From the NCBI GenBank assembly GCA_035534315.1, contig DATLSD010000007.1:1-63760 (forward strand): a stretch of DNA of 63,760 nucleotides, given 5' to 3'. The notes beneath the pieces are model-generated. The model was not told the DNA's origin, did not search any database, and saw nothing but the letters and a program-made list of their open reading frames with translations. Position 1 is the first letter of the stretch, and every line of letters starts with the position of its first letter. Position numbers and translations under genes: made by a program. This DNA comes from Elusimicrobiota bacterium. Lineage in GTDB: Bacteria > Elusimicrobiota > Elusimicrobia > UBA1565 > UBA9628. Shown here piece by piece: positions 56,638-63,760 of this stretch.

Positions 56638-57708
56638 ATGTCCAAGCGGGTCGGCCTGTTGACCGGGGGCGGCGACTGCCCGGGGCTCAACCCCGCCATC
56701 CGCGCGGCGGTCATACGGGCCTTGGGGCTCGGCTGGGAGTGCGTCGCCATCCCCGAGGGCTGGAAGGGACTCCTGGAAGCGCAATCCTGGCCGCTACGCC
56801 TGGAAGCCGTCGAGGATATCGTTGGCCGCGGCGGCACCATCTTGGGAACCTCCCGGACCAACCCGTACAAGAAAGAGGGCGGACCTCAAGCCGCGATGGC
56901 CGCGTTTAAAACCTTGGGCCTTGACGCTCTCATCGCCATGGGCGGCGAGGACACCTTGGGCGTGGCCGCCAAGCTCCACCGTGACTTCAAGGCGCCGGTC
57001 GTGGGCGTGCCCAAGACCATGGACAACGACCTCTCCGCCACCGACTACACTTTCGGCTTCGACACCTCCGTGACCATCGCCATGGACGCGGCCCAGCGCC
57101 TTCTGGACACCGGGCGCAGCCATCGGCGCATCATGGTCCTGGAGGTCATGGGGCGCCACGCGGGCTGGGTGGCCCTTTACACCGGAATCGCGGCCGGGGC
57201 GGACGCCGTGTGTCTGCCAGAACGCCCAGTGGACGCAAAAAATCTCTCGGAGACTCTTAAAGCCGCGCACCGCCGCAAGGGCGTGGCTTTGGTGGTGACC
57301 TCCGAAGCGGTCGAATTTTCCGGCGAGGACAAGAAGGCCGAGGCTCTGGACGAGTTTGGGCACATGATTTTAAAGGAGCGGGGGGTGGGCGAGAAACTCG
57401 CCGGGCTCATCCAGAAGCATACCGGCGTCGAGACCCGCGCGGCGGTCATCGGGCACATCCAGCGCGGCGGCCCGCCGACGCTTTTTGATCGGATGCTGGC
57501 GACCCGCGCGGGCTTAAAAGCCATGGATTTGGCGCACGTGGGCCGCTTTGGGCTCATGGCGGCCCTGCGCGGAAACGACATGACCGCGGTGCCGCTTGAG
57601 GAGGCGACGGCCAAGCTTAAAACCGTGACCCCTGAGTGGCTCTCCCTGCTTGACCAGCTTTGCCCGGCCCTAACCCATGAGGCCGCGCCGGCCGGAAGGC
57701 CTTCATGA
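56638..57708 (+). CDS. 6-phosphofructokinase (discriminator residues of the PPi-dependent type)
   Basis: 356 aa. LTGGGDCPGLN, GGTILGTSRTNP, MGGEDTLG, GVPKTMDNDL, MGRHAGW. Confidence 0.92.
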   Translation: MSKRVGLLTGGGDCPGLNPAIRAAVIRALGLGWECVAIPEGWKGLLEAQSWPLRLEAVEDIVGRGGTILGTSRTNPYKKEGGPQAAMAAFKTLGLDALIAMGGEDTLGVAAKLHRDFKAPVVGVPKTMDNDLSATDYTFGFDTSVTIAMDAAQRLLDTGRSHRRIMVLEVMGRHAGWVALYTGIAAGADAVCLPERPVDAKNLSETLKAAHRRKGVALVVTSEAVEFSGEDKKAEALDEFGHMILKERGVGEKLAGLIQKHTGVETRAAVIGHIQRGGPPTLFDRMLATRAGLKAMDLAHVGRFGLMAALRGNDMTAVPLEEATAKLKTVTPEWLSLLDQLCPALTHEAAPAGRPS

Positions 57709-58274
57709 CGGAAACCACCCAGAAATTCCAGCGCCGCAAGGTGTTGGTCAAGCATTGGCTTCAGTTCCGCTACATGTCCCTGGTGTTCTTCAGCGTGCTC
57801 CTTCTTTGCGCCATCGTCTGGATGGACGCCTACTACACCATGCTGCGCATGGCCCTGGCGAGCAACCCGGGCCTGGGCCCGCTTTTGTTCCAATTCAATA
57901 AAATCCTCATCGCCAAGATGTTCATCTACCTGGCCATGATCCTGCTCATTTCCCTCTATATTTCCCACCGGTTCGCGGGGCCCATCTACCGGTTCGAGAA
58001 AAGCACGGACATCGTGGCCTCGGGGGATTTGACCCACCGGGTCACCCTGCGCACCGGGGACGAGCTCAAGGAGCTTCAGGACAAGTTCAACGCCATGCTG
58101 GCGGCGCTCCAGGCTTTGGTACTCAAGGACAGGAGCCTCGCCCGGCATCTCTCGGAACGATTGGCCGCGGCGGCGCAGCGGCTTCCCAAAACTCCCGAGG
58201 CCGAGGCCGCGCGGACGGAGATATCCTCCCTTGGCCAGGACCTCGGTCGCCTAACCGAGTCGTTCAAGGCTTGA
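57705..58274 (+). CDS. membrane protein with 2 TM and a HAMP domain only
   Basis: 189 aa with ATGA overlap. TM segments MSLVFFSVLLLCAIVW and IYLAMILLISLYI. HAMP: SHRFAGPIYRFEKSTDIVASGDLTHRVTLRTGDELKELQDKFNAM. Confidence 0.75.
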   Translation: MTETTQKFQRRKVLVKHWLQFRYMSLVFFSVLLLCAIVWMDAYYTMLRMALASNPGLGPLLFQFNKILIAKMFIYLAMILLISLYISHRFAGPIYRFEKSTDIVASGDLTHRVTLRTGDELKELQDKFNAMLAALQALVLKDRSLARHLSERLAAAAQRLPKTPEAEAARTEISSLGQDLGRLTESFKA

Positions 58275-58278
58275 CGCC

Positions 58279-59589
58279 ATGGCGGATAACATCGCTCTCC
58301 GCGCCGGTCTTTTTCTGGCGCTGTGCGCCGCCCTGCCGGCTGCGGCGCAGACTCCGCTTGAAAAATCGTTTTCCTTGGAAGACGCCGTGCGGCTCGCCGA
58401 GCTCAACAACGCGGATCTGCTTTCCGCGCGCCAGGGCGAGATCATCGCCGAGGAGCGCGTCAAGGAGGCTGAATATCTCTTCCTGCCCGAAGTCGGGCTG
58501 CAGGCCACGGCCACCCACTACGACGCCCGCTATCCCTTCGCGCCAACGGGCAACGACATCATCCTATTCCCCAACCAGTTTTTAAACCAGCCCGGAATCG
58601 AGGGCGTTCCCACCGGCAACATCTATTCGGGCTACGGCTACTTGACCATGTCCCTCTATGAGGGAGGTCGCACCCTCAACACCCTGCGCATGGCGGAAGC
58701 CGCGGAAAAGCAGGCGTTTAACAACGAGGAATCGGCCAAAATGCGCGTCATCCTCGAGACAAAGAAGGTCTTCTACCATCTCCTGTTGGCCCAGGAAACG
58801 GCGGCCGCGTGGGCGGATTATGCGGCGCGGACGGAAAACTTGGCGGATAGAACGCCCAAAGCCTCCTGGAGAAGCCTGGAGGCCCAGGCGGACCTCGAGT
58901 ATGCCCGGATACAGGCTGCGTCCGCCGAACACGACTTGGCCCTGGCCCGATTGACCTTCCTTAAAAATCTCAACCTGGAGATGGACACATCGTTCACCGT
59001 GAAAGGCTCCCTGGAAGCCAAGCCCGTCTCCATGGACATAGAGCGCGCCGTGCTTTGGGCGCTTGAGCTTCGCCCGGAGCTGCAAGCCCAGACCTACCAA
59101 GCCCAGATGGACGCGATTTCGGTCAACCTCGCTCTGGCCCGCCGCAGCCCGACCGTGTTCGTCGCCGGAGACTACGGCGTCACCGGCTTTGATTTTCCCC
59201 TTCAACTCAATAATTGGGACACGACCATAGGAGTGCGCATCCCCTTCACCTACGACTACTGGAGCCAAATTAAGGAGAAGCAGGCGGAGCAGCGCCAGGG
59301 AGAAATCCAGCGCTCCGAACTCCAGGATCAAGTCCGCGTCGAGGTCCGGAAGGCTTATGAAACCCTTCAGTACTGGCAGAAAGAATATCCCATCCGAAAG
59401 GACGAATACCTCAAATTTCAGACGCTTTACTCCCGCCTAAAAAAAGAAAACCCGCAGAACGCCCTGGACCGCATCGACGCCCTCAAGAGCCTCACTGAAA
59501 TGCGTCTCTCCTACTTGGATGCCGTAACCCGCCACATCCTGGCCAAAGCGGAGCTTGAACGCGCCGTGGGCCGGTCCATCACGCCGTGA
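58279..59589 (+). CDS. TolC-family outer-membrane channel protein
   Basis: 436 aa with a signal peptide. FSLEDAVRLAELNNADLLSARQGEIIAEERVKEAE, and a second repeat with LDAVTRHILAKAELERAVG. Confidence 0.85.
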   Translation: MADNIALRAGLFLALCAALPAAAQTPLEKSFSLEDAVRLAELNNADLLSARQGEIIAEERVKEAEYLFLPEVGLQATATHYDARYPFAPTGNDIILFPNQFLNQPGIEGVPTGNIYSGYGYLTMSLYEGGRTLNTLRMAEAAEKQAFNNEESAKMRVILETKKVFYHLLLAQETAAAWADYAARTENLADRTPKASWRSLEAQADLEYARIQAASAEHDLALARLTFLKNLNLEMDTSFTVKGSLEAKPVSMDIERAVLWALELRPELQAQTYQAQMDAISVNLALARRSPTVFVAGDYGVTGFDFPLQLNNWDTTIGVRIPFTYDYWSQIKEKQAEQRQGEIQRSELQDQVRVEVRKAYETLQYWQKEYPIRKDEYLKFQTLYSRLKKENPQNALDRIDALKSLTEMRLSYLDAVTRHILAKAELERAVGRSITP

Positions 59590-60623
59590 GGCGCCGGGCC
59601 GCGGCATCATTTTCTTGTGCGGCCCGGCACTGCTTGCCTCCCGGTTCGCGGCGCCGGCTCCTCGGCATCGCCCTGGGAGCGCTTTTTTTGTGCGCCGGTC
59701 CCTGCCGCGCGGCACTGGATCTCTCGCAGGATGGCTTGCTGCGCGATCATCTTTGGAACGAATTTTTAGCCCTTCCCCAAAGCCGGCGGCCGGTCGTGGG
59801 CGTGGCCCTGTCCGCGGGCTCCGCGCGCGGCCTGGCCCACGTCGGGGTCCTCCAAGCGCTCGACGACGCCGGATTCCCCATAGACGTCGTCGCCGGAACC
59901 TCCATAGGTTCCGTCATAGGCGCCCTCTATGCATCGGGAATTCCCGCGGCGAAGGAGAAAAAACTCCTGGAAAACGTTGATCTGGGGTCCATCGCGAATC
60001 TGGGGACGTTTAGCCTTCTGCGCCTGGTGATCTCGGACAGACTTATCTCCTCGCGCGGCGTCGCCGCGGCGCTCAACCGTTATTTGGCCGGCAAGCAGTT
60101 CGAGGATCTTCCCAAGCGCTTCGCCTGCGTCTCCATGGATCTCGATTCCGGCGAAGCCATCTTGTTCCGGCAGGGAAACGTCGGCGATGCGGTGCGGGCG
60201 AGCATGAACCTTCCCGGGGTCTTCGCTCCGGTGGAGTACCGGCAGCGCTATCTGGTCGACGGCGGCGTCGTGGACTATATTCCCGTGGACGCCGCGCGGA
60301 TTCTGGGCGCGCAATGGGTTCTCGCCTCGGTGACGGAACCGGACTATACGCTCGCCCGCCCCAAAAGCGCGCTGCAAAATCTCGATCAAGTCATCGATAT
60401 CCGCAGCTCTCTCATGGCCGACGCCCAGGAAAAAATCGCGAATTTCGTCATTGCCTCCGGCTCCGACGGCATCGGCACGTTCCAGTTTGACCGGGCATCC
60501 GAGGCCGCCGACACGGGCATCGTGACGGCGCACAAGCGCATCGGCGACGCCGAGGAGAACCTCATTCTTTTCGCCCTTAACGACATCATGCCGGATTTGT
60601 CCGCGAAACGGCCGCGCCCATGA
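59586..60623 (+). CDS. patatin-like phospholipase (RssA-like) with an N-terminal hydrophobic segment
   Basis: GTG start (GTGA overlap). GVALSAGSARGLAHVG, GTSIG, LVDGGVVDYIP. Confidence 0.85.
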   Translation: MRRRAAASFSCAARHCLPPGSRRRLLGIALGALFLCAGPCRAALDLSQDGLLRDHLWNEFLALPQSRRPVVGVALSAGSARGLAHVGVLQALDDAGFPIDVVAGTSIGSVIGALYASGIPAAKEKKLLENVDLGSIANLGTFSLLRLVISDRLISSRGVAAALNRYLAGKQFEDLPKRFACVSMDLDSGEAILFRQGNVGDAVRASMNLPGVFAPVEYRQRYLVDGGVVDYIPVDAARILGAQWVLASVTEPDYTLARPKSALQNLDQVIDIRSSLMADAQEKIANFVIASGSDGIGTFQFDRASEAADTGIVTAHKRIGDAEENLILFALNDIMPDLSAKRPRP

Positions 60624-61579
60624 GATTCTCGCTCCTTATGCTCGCTGCTTTGACGGCCGCCGCGCCTGCCAAGGCTTGGTGGTTCGGCCGGCAGGGGCCC
60701 GACCCATATAAAAAAACCGCGGCAGCCTACGAAAGCGGCCGCTATGCGGAAGTCATCCAGGACCTTTCCTCCGATTCTCTGCAGCTGGTTTCGCCAAGGC
60801 ACCTTGCCCGCGCCTACGAATATCTGGCCGAGAGCTACGCGCGCACCGGGCGCTTGACCGATGCTCTAGGCACCTACCAGCTGGGCGTCAAGCTTTTTCC
60901 CAAAGACGCCCGTCTGTTGGCGGGATTTGGCGAATTGCTGCATCAAGCGGGCTTAAATGAACAGGCCAAACCCTTGTTCGATGAGGCCCTGGCCCTCAAC
61001 CCGAACAATCCGCAGGCGAATCTCGGCGTGGCCGAAATCGACGCTGCGCTGGGCTTTTACCGCCGCGGCCGGACGCATTATTTTAAGGCGCTCGAAACCA
61101 TGAACAACAACCCGGCGGTTTGGGCCGAATACGCCGAGGTCCTCTGGCGCTTGAAGGACTATCCCACGGCCGAGGATGCCGCGCAGGAATCCCTCTCTCT
61201 TTCCTCGTCGACCCAGACCGAAGTTCTCCTGGCTTTCATCCAACGCTCCGATGGCCGCCTGCGGCAAGCCCTCGGCACTCTCGGCCGAGCCGCCGCGCAA
61301 AGCCCAGAGCGCACGGACATCGCCCTGGCTCGGGCGCTGTGGATGATGGAAGCCCGGCAATGGAACAAAAGCCTGGCCGTAGACCAGGCCGTGCTGGACC
61401 AATTCCCGCAGAACCCCTTGGGGCTTTGGATCCGGGCTTCCATTCTGCTCCAGAAGGGACGGCGCCGCGAGGCCACGGCCGATCTCACGGCCGCGGCGCA
61501 AGCCCAGGAAGAGTCTCCCTTCGTGGCGGCGGTCGCCGCGAAGATGCTTGCGCGCCTTGGAACTCCGGCGGCTCAGTAA
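60620..61579 (+). CDS. exported TPR-repeat protein
   Basis: 319 aa with ATGA overlap. Signal peptide MRFSLLMLAALTAAAPAKA. TPR units, e.g. AYEYLAESYARTGRLTDALGTYQLGVKLFPKDA. Confidence 0.75.
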   Translation: MRFSLLMLAALTAAAPAKAWWFGRQGPDPYKKTAAAYESGRYAEVIQDLSSDSLQLVSPRHLARAYEYLAESYARTGRLTDALGTYQLGVKLFPKDARLLAGFGELLHQAGLNEQAKPLFDEALALNPNNPQANLGVAEIDAALGFYRRGRTHYFKALETMNNNPAVWAEYAEVLWRLKDYPTAEDAAQESLSLSSSTQTEVLLAFIQRSDGRLRQALGTLGRAAAQSPERTDIALARALWMMEARQWNKSLAVDQAVLDQFPQNPLGLWIRASILLQKGRRREATADLTAAAQAQEESPFVAAVAAKMLARLGTPAAQ

Positions 61580-62412
61580 TGCGCCTTCCCTTTTTCAAAA
61601 TGGCCGGCGCCGGCAATGATTTCATCCTGCTGGAGCGGACGCCCGGAATTCCAAGCGGCAAGCGCCTGGCCGTCCGTCTCTGCGATCGCCGCAGCGGAAT
61701 CGGCGCGGACGGCCTCCTGATAGTGGACGCGCGTGCCCGCACGCCGCATATGAAAGATTATGCTGCGGCCCGATACTTCAACGCCGACGGCTCCGAGGCT
61801 TTCTGCGGCAACGGAACCCGCTGCGCCGCCTGGTGGCTTTACCGCCGCGGAAAAATTAGCGGCCGACGCTTCGTTCTGGAAACATCGGCCGGACCCGTGC
61901 GGGCGAGGATCACCGGGAAGAAGCGCGCCGCCATCCTCATGCCGGCCCCGAGCCGACCCCGATTGGGACTCAAGCTCCGCGCCGATGGAAGCGTCCACAG
62001 GGTTCATTGGATCCGCGCGGGAGTCCCTCACGCCCTCGTCGAAACGAAAGATCCCGCGTCGGCGCCCTTAGAGCGCCTCGGACCCCTGCTGCGGCGCCAC
62101 CGCGCCTTTGGCCGCGCGGGTGCCAACGTCGATTTCGTCCGCTTCGAGAAAGACCGCGTGGTTCTGCGCACCTTCGAGCGCGGCGTCGAGGCCGAGACCC
62201 TGGCCTGCGGCACGGGAGCCGTTGCCGCGGCCTGCGTGGGCCGCGCCCTAGGTCGCTTGCGCGGCGCTTCGGTGCGCGTGCTCACGGCCGGCGGAGACCT
62301 GCTGCGCGTTGATTTCAAGTCTTCACGCAACGGCGGCCGAAGCGGAGCGGGCCCCGACATATGGCTGGAAGGCCCCGCCGCGGAGATATTCTCGGGAGAA
62401 ATCGATTTATGA
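61579..62412 (+). CDS. dapF: diaminopimelate epimerase
   Basis: Start at ATG 61579 (TAATG junction). FFKMAGAGNDFILL, NADGSEAFCGNGTRCAAWW, ETLACGTGAVAAA. Confidence 0.93.
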   Translation: MRLPFFKMAGAGNDFILLERTPGIPSGKRLAVRLCDRRSGIGADGLLIVDARARTPHMKDYAAARYFNADGSEAFCGNGTRCAAWWLYRRGKISGRRFVLETSAGPVRARITGKKRAAILMPAPSRPRLGLKLRADGSVHRVHWIRAGVPHALVETKDPASAPLERLGPLLRRHRAFGRAGANVDFVRFEKDRVVLRTFERGVEAETLACGTGAVAAACVGRALGRLRGASVRVLTAGGDLLRVDFKSSRNGGRSGAGPDIWLEGPAAEIFSGEIDL

Positions 62413-63296
62413 AAATTAAATTTTCCGGATGCTACACCGCCCTCGTCACGCCTTTTCGCAGCGACCTGAGCCTGGACGAGGCCGCGTTGCGGCGCTTGGT
62501 CCGCGCGCAAATCGCGGGCGGGGTCTCCGGCCTTGTTCCCTGCGGCTCCACCGGCGAGGCCAGCGCCCTTGAGCACGCGGAATGGCGGCGCGTGCTGGCG
62601 ATTGCCATCGAAGAGGCCGCGGGGCGGCTGCCGGTTGTCGCGGGAATCAGCGCCAACGCAACCGCCAAAGCATCAAGCCTGGCCCGGGAAGCCCAGGCCC
62701 TGGGGGCGGACGCGCTTTTGGTCGTGTGCCCCTACTACAACAAGCCGACGCAGGAGGGTCTCTACCGCCATTTCAGCGCGGTAGCCAAGGCCGCGGGCAT
62801 CCCTTTGATCCTTTATAACATCCCCGGCCGGACGGCCGTCAACTTGGCGCCCAGCACCGCGCTCCGGCTCGCGCGTGATTATCCGAGCATCCGCGCGATC
62901 AAGGAAGCCTCCGGCAGCCTGGATCAGGCCTCGGAAATATTGGCCGGAGCCCCGCGCGGCTTTGCGGTGCTCTCCGGGGACGACAGCCTGACCCTGCCCA
63001 TGATGGCCGCGGGCGCGGCGGGCGTGGTCTCGGTGCTTTCCAACGTGGCCCCAAAAAAAGTTGCTGCGCTTTGCCGCGACGCGGCCGCGGAGCGCTCGGC
63101 GGCCGCGCGGCGCGCTCACTTAGGCCTTTTTGGGCTGACCAAGGCTCTTTTCGCCGAAACCAACCCCATCCCGGTCAAGGCGGCCTTGTCCATGATGGGG
63201 CTCTGCCGCGACCTTCCGCGCCCGCCGCTAACGCGGTTAAGCGCCAAACCTCGGGCCGCTCTGCGCCGCGCCCTGCAAAACGCCGGACTTATCTAG
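62409..63296 (+). CDS. dapA: 4-hydroxy-tetrahydrodipicolinate synthase
   Basis: Start at ATG 62409 (ATGA overlap). TALVTPF, GLVPCGSTGEAS, LILYNIPGRT, IRAIKEASG. Confidence 0.95.
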   Translation: MKIKFSGCYTALVTPFRSDLSLDEAALRRLVRAQIAGGVSGLVPCGSTGEASALEHAEWRRVLAIAIEEAAGRLPVVAGISANATAKASSLAREAQALGADALLVVCPYYNKPTQEGLYRHFSAVAKAAGIPLILYNIPGRTAVNLAPSTALRLARDYPSIRAIKEASGSLDQASEILAGAPRGFAVLSGDDSLTLPMMAAGAAGVVSVLSNVAPKKVAALCRDAAAERSAAARRAHLGLFGLTKALFAETNPIPVKAALSMMGLCRDLPRPPLTRLSAKPRAALRRALQNAGLI

Positions 63297-63760
63297 CGGA
63301 ACGGCAAGCCGCCGCGCCGGGGTGACCGGCGCAGACCAGGGATTTTAGGCTCTCCAGATTTTCCCGCAAGGCCGTGTTCTGCCGGAGAATGTCGCGGTTC
63401 TGTTTCTGGAGGTCTCCGATGTCCTTCATGTAAGCCTCTTGGTTGCCCCCGGCGTGAACGAAGCAGAGAATATTTCCGGTCTCTCCGTTTTCCCCCATCG
63501 CCCCGCTCTTCGTTCCGAAATTCTCCAGCGCGATGCCCACCGTCGGCCCCGGCCCAGCCGCCTTCATCGCGTAGCCGGGACGGGACGAGGACGTCAAGTA
63601 GTCCCCGATTTTAATCGGTCCGCCCTCCAGGTCCACCTTCACCGGCACGCGCCCCGCCAGCACCAACGGCTTTCCCGGATAGCTCTTGTCCAGGCTCATC
63701 ACGTGCGACTCGATCTCGAAGCTGCTCGAGCCGTCCGATATCACGCCCAACAGCCCCGAT
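63289..63760 (-). CDS. C-terminal part of a larger hypothetical protein (beta-rich domain followed by a coiled coil); the gene enters from the right edge
   Basis: The frame stays open to base 63759 (..SGLLGVISDGSSSFEIESHVMSLDKSYPGKPLVLAGRVPVKVDLEGGPIKIGDYLTSSSRPGYAMKA...DIGDLQKQNRDILRQNTALRENLESLKSL). The ORF-track start is a forced TTG. Its stop overlaps the dapA end by 8 nt. Confidence 0.65.
   Translation of the reverse strand, partial: SGLLGVISDGSSSFEIESHVMSLDKSYPGKPLVLAGRVPVKVDLEGGPIKIGDYLTSSSRPGYAMKAAGPGPTVGIALENFGTKSGAMGENGETGNILCFVHAGGNQEAYMKDIGDLQKQNRDILRQNTALRENLESLKSLVCAGHPGAAACRSAR

Overview
This 63.8-kb window is a high-GC, very gene-dense piece of a diderm bacterial chromosome. 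Hand counts of single 60-nt lines give about 68% G+C in ordinary genes. Outer-membrane barrels, a TolC-family protein and a Bacteroidetes-type SdhCAB/QFR point to a diderm, but the lineage cannot be named without a database search. I call 58 protein genes. Two are cut by the window edges, and the left-edge one is missing from the ORF track. I also call one ncRNA (RNase P RNA, minus strand, about 39092-39490, hidden under three spurious ORFs) and several promoter-like elements. I saw no rRNA, tRNA, CRISPR array, transposase, integrase or prophage genes. Housekeeping content: sdhCAB, hemL-hemB, acnA, dnaE, dapF-dapA, a PFK plus class I aldolase pair, nfo, rsmD, sixA, a homogentisate-type catabolic cluster and cell-wall hydrolases. 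Genes are packed into long units with 16 ATGA/GTGA stop-start overlaps. Several first genes have a -10 box only 7-10 nt before the start codon, which suggests leaderless mRNAs. The most unusual regions are listed here. (1) 1-7828: a five-gene coupled envelope module (REC, FN3/CTD-like giant surface protein, PorV-like barrel fused to TPR, HAMP kinase, tail-fibre-like exoprotein) next to a 13-28% GC control region and a phosphorylation-blind OmpR-type regulator. (2) 44992-50785: Nudix, a cNMP-binding/degenerate MinD-like/patatin lipase and an exported 1042-aa beta-helix/HEAT protein, all translationally coupled. (3) 40341-44995: GAF-PAS kinase, lone TldD, PrcB-like protein and an unknown secreted protein. 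(4) 22444-22784: a small Cys-rich lipoprotein with its own near-consensus promoter, inside a lower-GC patch. (5) An RNase P RNA whose P4 helix carries compensatory changes in normally invariant positions. All functional calls come from motif recognition by eye. No searches were run.
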